Program-made: the position numbers and the translations under genes | The notes under the pieces: model-generated | Told to the model about the DNA's origin: nothing | Databases searched by the model: none | What the model saw: the letters and a program-made list of their open reading frames with translations, nothing else | In this document: piece after piece, positions 9,601 through 18,201 of the stretch | Position numbering within the stretch: the stretch's first letter is position 1 | Layout: every line of letters begins with the position of its first letter | NCBI GenBank assembly: GCA_040754955.1 | Contig: JBFMCA010000004.1 | Coordinates: forward strand, 29,120 to 93,119 | Direction: 5' to 3' | Length of the DNA stretch: 64,000 bases | Origin: Acidobacteriota bacterium | Lineage (GTDB): Bacteria > Acidobacteriota > Vicinamibacteria > Vicinamibacterales > UBA2999

Positions 9601-11871
9601 TCAGACCGGCAGCTCCACCGTGAACCGCGTGCCGCGCGGGTGGTTGTCCGCGACGTCCACGGCGCCGCCGTGCTCGGCCACGATCCGCCGCACGATGGCC
9701 AGGCCGAGTCCGCTGCCCCGGCCCTTCGTGGAGTAATACGGCAGGAAGAGCTTGTCGCGGTCGCTGGCCGGGATGCCGGGGCCGTCGTCGGCGACCACGA
9801 CGCGCACGACCGCGTTGGCGGCGTCGTGCGCGGTCTCCACGGCGATCGTGCCGCGGCGATCCATCGCCTCGATCGCGTTGTCGATCAGGTTGATGATGAC
9901 GCGCTTGATCTGTTCGGGATCCACCTGCACCTCGGGGAGCGCGTCGGCGAACCGGCGATCGAAGGTGACGCCCGCAAAGAGGCCGTCGTAGAGCGTCAGG
10001 GTGTCGGTGAGCAGCTGGTGCAGGTCGATGCGCACGGCGCGCGGCGCCGGCATCCGGGCGAACTGCGAGAACTCGTCGACCAGCCCCTTGAGCGCCTCGA
10101 CCTCCCCGATGATGGTCGTCGTGCACTCCTGCACCAGGTCGCCGAGCGGCGGCTCGAGGTCCCGGAGCTTGCGCCGCATCCGCTCGGCGGACAGCTGAAT
10201 CGGCGTCAGCGGGTTCTTGATCTCATGCGCGAGGCGGCGCGCCACCTCCCGCCACGCCGCGACCTTCTGGGCACGGATGAGCGGGCTGACGTCGTCGAAG
10301 ACCACCACCGTGCCTTCGAAGGTCTCGTCGGCGCCGATGAGGCGGGTGGCCGCGACGGCCAGGTGCAGCTCGCGTCCGTCGCGGGTGACCGCCACCTCCT
10401 GTGCCACCGAATCGACTTTCGCGCGCGCCACCTGGTCGAGCACGCCGTTGATGGCCTGCAGGTCGGCGCGCCCGAACACGTCGACGGCGGCCCGCCCGAC
10501 GTCGTCGGGCGACAGCCCCAGCAGCCGCTGCGCGGCCGAGTTCAGCGTGGAGATGCCGCCGGACGGATCGATCGAGATGACGCCCGTGGCGACACGTTCG
10601 AGGATGGTCTCGATGTACCGCCGCCGGCCTTCGCCCTCCTGGTGCTTCCGCTGCAGGTCGAGGCTTGCGCGCTCGAGTCGGCGCCGGCTCGACGCCAGTT
10701 CGGCGGCCATGGCGTTGAAGGCCTCGATCATCGACCCGAACTCGTCGGCCGCTTCGTGCTCGATGCGGTGATCGTAGTGGCCGGCGCCGATTTCGCGTGC
10801 CGCGACCGAGAGCATCTGGACGGGCCGCGTGATGCGCTTGGCCAGGTACAGGCCGGTCCACGTCGCGCCGACGAGGATGAGCAGTGTGACCATCAGGAAG
10901 AACGAGAGGTACACGCCTGCCAGGGGCTGCTTCAGCACCCGGAGCTGCATGTAGTCCTCGTACGCCTGCGTCATCCGGCGGGCGCGATCCGCCAGGTCGC
11001 CCGACAGGTAGTCGGTCGTCACCACCACCCCGCTGACGGCGCCGGCGGCGGTGCGGACGGGGCGCCCCGCGCGAATGAGCTGGCCACCGCCGAGCGGCTC
11101 GATCATCTGCGCGGCGTCGCCGCCCGCGCCGCCGGCCACGCGCCCGGCCAGACGATCCGCCGCGCCGCGCGCGCCGGTCGTCGGCAGATCGGGCGAGGCG
11201 ACGTCGACGACCGGCACGACCGCCCCGTCCTCGGCCACGCGGTAGACCTGCACCAGGCCGATCCGACGCTGCGTCACTTCGGGCGCCACCGCGTCGCGCA
11301 CCGGCGCCGGATCCGTCGGCGTCAGCGGCACGCCGGCCAGAGCGCGTGCGAGGCGCTCGGCCTGGTCGACGACCAGGCGCTGCCGCTCCTCGAAGTAGTC
11401 GGCGGCGATGCTGTTGGCCGACGACAGCACCTCGTCCATCGGCGCGTTGAACCAGCGATCGACCGCCGTCAGCACCACGCGGCTCCCGACGCCCAGCACC
11501 AGCAGGGCGGGCACAATCGTCATCCCCAGAAGCGCCAGCACCAGCTTCGCGCGAAAGCGGACGAACGGAATGGCGCGGCGCCGCTCGACCAGCAGCTTGA
11601 CAAGGTTGCGCGCCAGCACGAAGCCGAGCGCCAGCAGCATCATCAGGTTGGTGGCCGAGAGGGCGTAGAGGACGACTTCGGTGAGGAAGTCCGGCGAGAG
11701 GCGGGAGGTACGGTCGGCCAGCGCCAGCACGCCGGCGAGCGCGGCCAGCAGCACCAGGATGCCAGCCAGGATGAGCCGGGTGTTGTCCCGGAACGGCCGC
11801 CGCGCGGGCGCCCCCACGGGCGCCGGACGCGAAGCCGTCGGCGAGGCGCTCAGCGAACGAACACTCGGCAC
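9601..11871 (-). CDS. NtrY-like sensor histidine kinase (TM region, HAMP, PAS, HisKA, HATPase)
   Basis: The 756-aa product has the H-box HEIKNPLTPIQLSAERM, the N-box NLIDNAIEAM and the G-box DDGPGI..GSGLGLAIV, plus N-terminal hydrophobic helices. It is adjacent to a sigma54 response regulator. Confidence 0.9.
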   Translation of the reverse strand: MPSVRSLSASPTASRPAPVGAPARRPFRDNTRLILAGILVLLAALAGVLALADRTSRLSPDFLTEVVLYALSATNLMMLLALGFVLARNLVKLLVERRRAIPFVRFRAKLVLALLGMTIVPALLVLGVGSRVVLTAVDRWFNAPMDEVLSSANSIAADYFEERQRLVVDQAERLARALAGVPLTPTDPAPVRDAVAPEVTQRRIGLVQVYRVAEDGAVVPVVDVASPDLPTTGARGAADRLAGRVAGGAGGDAAQMIEPLGGGQLIRAGRPVRTAAGAVSGVVVTTDYLSGDLADRARRMTQAYEDYMQLRVLKQPLAGVYLSFFLMVTLLILVGATWTGLYLAKRITRPVQMLSVAAREIGAGHYDHRIEHEAADEFGSMIEAFNAMAAELASSRRRLERASLDLQRKHQEGEGRRRYIETILERVATGVISIDPSGGISTLNSAAQRLLGLSPDDVGRAAVDVFGRADLQAINGVLDQVARAKVDSVAQEVAVTRDGRELHLAVAATRLIGADETFEGTVVVFDDVSPLIRAQKVAAWREVARRLAHEIKNPLTPIQLSAERMRRKLRDLEPPLGDLVQECTTTIIGEVEALKGLVDEFSQFARMPAPRAVRIDLHQLLTDTLTLYDGLFAGVTFDRRFADALPEVQVDPEQIKRVIINLIDNAIEAMDRRGTIAVETAHDAANAVVRVVVADDGPGIPASDRDKLFLPYYSTKGRGSGLGLAIVRRIVAEHGGAVDVADNHPRGTRFTVELPV

Positions 11872-11915
11872 AGCGTCAGTGTAAACCCCCTTGCCATCGC
11901 CCGTTCATCCTACGC

Positions 11916-11971
11916 CCTTCGCCCTTCGCCATTCGTCATTCGTCATTCGTCATTTGTCATTTGTCATTCCC
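11916..11971. repeat. Heptanucleotide tandem array, 8 units (CCTTCGC x2, CATTCGT x3, CATTTGT x2, CATTCCC)
   Basis: Read directly from the sequence. The array starts 5 nt beyond the nrdR stop (11976-11978) in the nrdR-kinase spacer. It belongs to the same unit family and has the same terminal CATTCCC unit as the array at 9564-9598. Confidence 0.9.
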
Positions 11972-11975
11972 CCCC

Positions 11976-12443
11976 TCACTCCTCCTTTGCGTTGAGCAGT
12001 CCCTTCAGCTCGTTCATGAACTCGCCGATATCGCGGAAGTGGCGATACACGCTGGCGAAGCGGACGTAGGCGACCTTGTCGAGGTTCTTCAGCTCCTGCA
12101 TCACGAAGGCGCCGATCTCGGAGGTGCCAATCTCCTTCTCGGGGCGCTCCTGCAGCATCGTCTCGACCCGGTCGGCGATGCTCTCGATGGCGGCGACGCT
12201 CACGGGCCGCTTCTCGCAGGCTTTGAGCAGGCCCGCCACCAGCTTCTGGCGCTCGAACCGCTCCCGCGTGCCGTCCTTCTTCACCACCATGTAGGGGATC
12301 TCGTCGATCCGCTCGTAGCTGGTGAAGCGTTTCAGGCACGCGTCGTTGAGACACTGGCGGCGACGGCGGATGACGTCGCCCTCGCGGCTCTCCCGCGAGT
12401 CCACGACCTTGTCGCCGAGGTGGCCGCAATAGGGGCACTTCAC
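11976..12443 (-). CDS. nrdR: Transcriptional repressor NrdR (Zn ribbon + ATP-cone)
   Basis: The GTG at 12443 is preceded by GGAGGAAG and gives (M)[50 protein letters not shown]-cone. The GTGA overlap with the upstream gene's stop suggests translational coupling. Confidence 0.93.
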   Translation of the reverse strand: MKCPYCGHLGDKVVDSRESREGDVIRRRRQCLNDACLKRFTSYERIDEIPYMVVKKDGTRERFERQKLVAGLLKACEKRPVSVAAIESIADRVETMLQERPEKEIGTSEIGAFVMQELKNLDKVAYVRFASVYRHFRDIGEFMNELKGLLNAKEE

Positions 12444-13582
12444 TTTGCCTCTTCCTCCGCCCGGGCGCGCCGGGCCAGTTGCTGCAGGCCGCCGAGCCGC
12501 AGCCCGTCCTGCATCACCCACACCAGGCCGACCGCCACCACCGGCGCCATCGCCGCCGCGTGCAGCACGAGGGCCGCGCCGACTGCCACGTCGTTGGCGG
12601 CCCCGTAGAACGACGTCGCCCCCAGGCGAAACGCCTCGTGGAAGCCGCCCACGCCGCCGGGCGTCGGAATGGCGATGCCCACGACCAGCATCGCCGAGAG
12701 CAGGAACGTCCCCGCAAAGGGCAGCGCGAGGCCGAACGCCACGGCCACGACCCAGATTTCGACGCAGATCGTCACCCACAGCGCGAGCGACCACGCGAGC
12801 GTGGCGACCAGCCGCCGCGGCTGTCGGAGCACGGCAAACCCCTGCACCAGCATTCGGGCCAGGTGCGCAACGCGCGCGGCAAGCCGGCCGGGCAGAACCC
12901 GTTCGGCGCGAAGCATCCAGCCGTGCAGGCGTTCGGGATGCCCTGCCAGGACATACATCACGGCCAGCCCCGCCACGGCAACACCGGCCATGACGAGCCC
13001 GCCGGTTTCGACCGCCCCGTACAGGAGCGGCGACCGCCTGCGAACGCCCTCATCGAGCACGAGCAGATACACGGCCAGCAGGCCCAGCACCGCCACCAGG
13101 TCGAGCATCCGCTCCACGATGATCGTGGCGAACACCGACGTCGTCGAGAGCCCCTCGCGCCGCGCAAGCAGGTACGGTCGCAGCACCTCGCCCACCCGGG
13201 CCGGCAGGACGGCAGAGGCCGCGAACCCGATGACCGTCGTCCGGAGCGCCACGCCAAAGCGCGTCGGCCCGAGCGGTCCGAGCATGTACTGCCACCGCTC
13301 AGCCCGAATCACGTAGGTGACACCGGTCAGCACCACGGCGAAGGCCAGCAGGTCGACGCGCGCGGCGCGCACGGCGGCCCAGACCTGGCCGAAATCGGCG
13401 TTCCTCAGGAACACGGCCATCAGCCCGACGGCCAGGGCGGTGACCAGAATCGTGCGGACGGCAGCGCGCAACGCGCTCCATACTACATGAGGTTCCCGCG
13501 GCCGCTCGAAGCCCTTGCAGAAGCGCCACGCGCCCGTTAGGATCTCGCTTCGGCTTTCCCCGTCCCGGTTCACCGTGCCCAT
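12440..13582 (-). CDS. UPF0104 / lysylphosphatidylglycerol-synthase-TM-region-like flippase-family membrane protein
   Basis: Multi-TM protein containing ..[60 protein letters not shown].. The start is uncertain. The ATG at 13582 is chosen because the longer start (13651) would overlap divergent purC by more than 70 nt. Confidence 0.7.
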   Translation of the reverse strand: MGTVNRDGESRSEILTGAWRFCKGFERPREPHVVWSALRAAVRTILVTALAVGLMAVFLRNADFGQVWAAVRAARVDLLAFAVVLTGVTYVIRAERWQYMLGPLGPTRFGVALRTTVIGFAASAVLPARVGEVLRPYLLARREGLSTTSVFATIIVERMLDLVAVLGLLAVYLLVLDEGVRRRSPLLYGAVETGGLVMAGVAVAGLAVMYVLAGHPERLHGWMLRAERVLPGRLAARVAHLARMLVQGFAVLRQPRRLVATLAWSLALWVTICVEIWVVAVAFGLALPFAGTFLLSAMLVVGIAIPTPGGVGGFHEAFRLGATSFYGAANDVAVGAALVLHAAAMAPVVAVGLVWVMQDGLRLGGLQQLARRARAEEEAK

Positions 13583-14486
13583 TGCTTCCCCGCTGCTGAC
13601 GACCGACTTCGAAGGCCTGACGCTCCACGCGCGGGGCAAGGTGCGCGACATCTACGCGGTCGACGACCGGCTGCTCATCGTCGCGACCGACCGGATTTCG
13701 GCGTTCGACTACGTCCTCGGCTCTGGGATCCCCGACAAGGGGCGCATCCTCACCCAGCTCTCGGTGTTCTGGTTCGAACGCACGCGGGACATCGTCCCCA
13801 ACCACCTGGTGAGCGCCGACCCGGCAGCCTATCCCGCCGCCGCGCGCCGGTACGCCGACGCGCTGCAGGGACGATCCATGCTCGTGCGCAAGGCGCAGCC
13901 GCTGCCCATCGAATGCGTCGCCCGCGGCTATCTCTCGGGGTCGGGCTGGAAGGACTACGTGGCGACCGGCGAGGTGTGCGGCCACCGCCTGCCGGCCGGC
14001 CTCCGCGAATCGGACCGGCTGCCGGCCCCGATCTTCACGCCCGCCACGAAGGCCACGTCGGGCCACGACATCAACATCACCGAGGTGGAGGCGGCGCGGC
14101 TGGTCGGCGCCGAGCTCTTCGACCGCCTGCGGGCGCTGACGCTCGCGCTCTACGCCTTCGGCGCCGGGCACGCGGAGCGCTGCGGCATCATCCTCGCCGA
14201 CACGAAGTTCGAGTTCGGCACGACGCCCGATGGCGAGCTGCTGCTCATCGACGAGGCTCTGACGCCCGACTCGTCGCGCTACTGGCCCCGCGACACCTAC
14301 GCGCCGGGCGGCGCTCAGCCCAGCTTCGACAAGCAGTTCGTCCGCGACCACCTCGAGGCGATCCGCTGGAACAAGCAGCCGCCGGTGCCCTCGCTGCCCG
14401 ACGACGTGATCGCGCGAACGCGTGAGAAGTACCTGGAAGCCTACCGCCGGCTCACCGGCCGCGACCTGGAGACCGGCCGTGCGTGA
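13575..14486 (+). CDS. purC: Phosphoribosylaminoimidazole-succinocarboxamide (SAICAR) synthase
   Basis: Motifs seen: ..HARGKVRDIYAVDDRLLIVATDRISAFDYVLGSGIPDKGRILTQLS.., the long (actinobacterial/yeast-like) PurC form. The start is uncertain (GTG 13575 versus TTG 13515). Confidence 0.9.
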   Translation: MPIASPLLTTDFEGLTLHARGKVRDIYAVDDRLLIVATDRISAFDYVLGSGIPDKGRILTQLSVFWFERTRDIVPNHLVSADPAAYPAAARRYADALQGRSMLVRKAQPLPIECVARGYLSGSGWKDYVATGEVCGHRLPAGLRESDRLPAPIFTPATKATSGHDINITEVEAARLVGAELFDRLRALTLALYAFGAGHAERCGIILADTKFEFGTTPDGELLLIDEALTPDSSRYWPRDTYAPGGAQPSFDKQFVRDHLEAIRWNKQPPVPSLPDDVIARTREKYLEAYRRLTGRDLETGRA

Positions 14487-14688
14487 GCTGCTCGACGAGC
14501 TCGTCGCCGAGATGGTGGACAAGGGCATCCGCTACGAGGACGCGCAGCGCGAGTTCGAGAAGCGGTTCATCACGCGCGTCGTGCAGCGCTGCGACGGGAA
14601 CCTCTCGAAGGCCGCCGGCACCCTGGGCGTCCACCGGAACACCCTGACCCGAAAGATCCAGGACCTGAAGATCCGCCCCCTCCGCTAG
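14479..14688 (+). CDS. Small Fis-family HTH DNA-binding protein
   Basis: The GTG at 14479 overlaps the end of purC. The product contains ..FEKRFITRVVQRCDGNLSKAAGTLGVHRNTLTRKIQDLKI, which is the Fis-type HTH_8 motif. Confidence 0.7.
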   Translation: MRELLDELVAEMVDKGIRYEDAQREFEKRFITRVVQRCDGNLSKAAGTLGVHRNTLTRKIQDLKIRPLR

Positions 14689-14690
14689 AG

Positions 14691-14718
14691 CCCAGAGCCC
14701 AGCGCCTAGCGCCCAGCC
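14691..14718. repeat. Degenerate heptanucleotide tandem array (CCCAGAG CCCAGCG CCTAGCG CCCAGCC)
   Basis: Read directly from the sequence. The array begins 3 nt after the TAG stop at 14686-14688. Confidence 0.75.
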
Positions 14719-14741
14719 CTCGCAGCGCCGCCCGCCCCCTC

Positions 14742-14770
14742 TTGACGCCCCGGCGCGACTTGCCTACAAT
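14742..14770 (+). promoter_or_regulatory. Sigma70-type groESL promoter (TTGACG - 17 nt - TACAAT)
   Basis: TTGACG at 14742-14747 and TACAAT at 14765-14770 are separated by exactly 17 nt. The promoter directly abuts the CIRCE element. Confidence 0.75.
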
Positions 14771-14796
14771 TAGCAGTCGGTCATCCTGACTGCTAG
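14770..14796 (+). promoter_or_regulatory. CIRCE (HrcA operator) inverted repeat
   Basis: TTAGCAGTC-N9-GACTGCTAG compares with the consensus TTAGCACTC-N9-GAGTGCTAA. The arms are 8/9 complementary. The element lies between the -10 box and groES. Confidence 0.85.
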
Positions 14797-14810
14797 CCCA
14801 CGGGTGTGGT

Positions 14811-14824
14811 GACTGCTAGCAGTC
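14811..14824 (+). promoter_or_regulatory. Second CIRCE-arm palindrome GACTGCTAGCAGTC
   Basis: A perfect 14-bp palindrome made of two CIRCE half-sites with no N9 spacer, 14 nt downstream of the canonical CIRCE. Confidence 0.5.
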
Positions 14825-14912
14825 GGACGGCCTGAGTCATCGGACACATCGAGACCCCCGGGGGACCCCTTCCCGGGACCGTTCTGACAGACCAGTCGTG
14901 GAGTTGTTGCAC

Positions 14913-16842
<1,930 letters not shown>

Positions 16843-16849
16843 CTCGAAT

Positions 16850-16884
16850 GCCTCGGGCGTGGTGCCTGGGGCTTGGGGCGTGAG
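16850..16884. repeat. Degenerate heptanucleotide tandem array (GCCTCGG GCGTGGT GCCTGGG GCTTGGG GCGTGAG)
   Basis: Read directly from the sequence. The array starts 8 nt after the groEL TAG. Its units are roughly the reverse complement (CCCARGC) of the array upstream of the operon at 14691-14718. Confidence 0.65.
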
Positions 16885-16889
16885 TGTGG

Positions 16890-16923
16890 GCCCGGCGGAA
16901 CGTTCCCCGCCGGGCTTTTTTTT
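16890..16923 (+). terminator. Rho-independent terminator of groESL
   Basis: GCCCGGCGG-AACGTTCC-CCGCCGGGC followed by a run of 8 T. Confidence 0.9.
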
Positions 16924-16957
16924 CAGGAATCGGAGGCTGCGGACCGTCCCCCTGTCC

Positions 16958-17536
16958 ATGGGCGAACCCCTCGATAATGGGCAGGGCATGGCGGACGATG
17001 CTTCGGCTCTGGCCATCGGCATCCGCGCGGGCGACCCGGCGGCCGAGGCGACGCTCGTCGAGCGCTATCGGCCTGGCATCGCGATGATCCTGCGCCGGCT
17101 CGTGAAAGATGCGGCGCTCGCCGACGACCTGACACAGGAGGTCTTCCGCATCGCGTTCGAGTCGCTGCGCGCCGGACGGCTCGAGGACGGGAGCAAGCTG
17201 GCCGCCTACATCTGGGGAATCACGCGCAACGTCGGCCACGAGGCGCTCCGACGGCACCGGCCACCCGTGGCGCAGGCGTCGGGCGGTGACCTCCTGGACA
17301 CCCGGCCCCGCCCCGATCAGGCGCTCCTCGCGGCCGAACGGGAACAGCGCGTGCGCGACGCGGTCAGGGCGCTGCTGCCGCGCGACCGTGCCGTGCTCGA
17401 GGCCTTCTACCTTGAGGACCAGTCGAAGGACTCCATCTGCCGCCGGCTTGGCCTGGCGCCGGCGCAGTTCGACGTCATCAAGTGGCGGGCCCTGAAGCGG
17501 CTCCGGCTGCTCGTCGGCCAGCGCGAGGACCTGTGA
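16958..17536 (+). CDS. ECF-type RNA polymerase sigma factor
   Basis: Region 2 reads ..LVERYRPGIAMILRRLVKDAALADDLTQEVFRIAFESL.. and region 4 reads ..LPRDRAVLEAFYLEDQSKDSICRRLGLAPAQFDVIKWRALKRLR. Alternative start at the ATG at 16988. A possible ECF-like promoter, GGAAT(16926-16930)...CGTC(16945-16948), lies just upstream (weak). Confidence 0.85.
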   Translation: MGEPLDNGQGMADDASALAIGIRAGDPAAEATLVERYRPGIAMILRRLVKDAALADDLTQEVFRIAFESLRAGRLEDGSKLAAYIWGITRNVGHEALRRHRPPVAQASGGDLLDTRPRPDQALLAAEREQRVRDAVRALLPRDRAVLEAFYLEDQSKDSICRRLGLAPAQFDVIKWRALKRLRLLVGQREDL

Positions 17537-18174
17537 TGGCGGAGATGATCGAGCGCGCGGGCCACCTCTCGGACGCCGAGATCGACGCCTACTGGACCGG
17601 CCGCCTGGCCACCGCGGACGAGGAGAAGGTCGAGCTCCACCTGCTCGAGTGCGCCGACTGCCGCGAGCGCGCGGCCGCGGTCGAGGCGCTCGTCGAGGGG
17701 CTCCGTGCGGAGCCGCGCGCGACGACCAGGTCCCGGGTCCGCATCTGGCAGGTTGCCGCCGCATCGTTCGCCATTGCGGCCGCGGGCGCCACCGTCCAAC
17801 TGCTGCGGGTGCAACGCGCGGCAGCGCCGGTGGTCGAGACCCTGCCGGCCCAGGGCCTGACCGTCGTGGCGCTCGCGCCTCCGACCCGCAGCGCCGACGC
17901 CCCGGAGGTGGCAGTGGCGGCCGATGTCTCCATCGTGGTCTTCGAGCTCGATGCGGCGGAAGCCGGCGCGGCGCTCGGCCCCTGCGACGTCACGCTGTCA
18001 GGGCCGGACGGCCGGCCGCTTGCGCGGCTGACCGGAGTCGCGCCGACGGGCGGAGTCGTGCGGGTTCCGATCGACCGTGCTCAACTGTCCCCCGGACGCT
18101 TCGTCTTCGAGGTCGCGGGCCCGTCGGGAACCGTGACGCTTCCGTTCTTGCTCCGCACCGCCGATCTGCGCTAA
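17536..18174 (+). CDS. Membrane-spanning zinc-binding (ZAS, HxxxCxxC) anti-sigma factor
   Basis: The ATG overlaps the sigma stop (TGATG). Features seen: HLLECADC (H-x3-C-x2-C), one TM helix (IWQVAAASFAIAAAGATVQLL), and a roughly 110-aa extracytoplasmic domain. Confidence 0.75.
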   Translation: MAEMIERAGHLSDAEIDAYWTGRLATADEEKVELHLLECADCRERAAAVEALVEGLRAEPRATTRSRVRIWQVAAASFAIAAAGATVQLLRVQRAAAPVVETLPAQGLTVVALAPPTRSADAPEVAVAADVSIVVFELDAAEAGAALGPCDVTLSGPDGRPLARLTGVAPTGGVVRVPIDRAQLSPGRFVFEVAGPSGTVTLPFLLRTADLR

Positions 18175-18201
18175 GAAGGACCACCCCCGGCGAGAGGAGC
18201 G

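Noticed and set aside
9564-11971. Considered whether the short tandem arrays could be CRISPR-like or a minisatellite inside a gene.
   Set aside because: The units are 7 nt with no spacers, the arrays are under 60 nt, and both lie strictly between coding regions. They are simple heptamer tandem repeats, not CRISPR.
14817-14840. A possible second full CIRCE (TAGCAGTC-N9-GAGTCATC).
   Set aside because: The right arm matches the CIRCE arm at only about 4 of 8 positions. Only the spacer-less palindrome at 14811-14824 is convincing.
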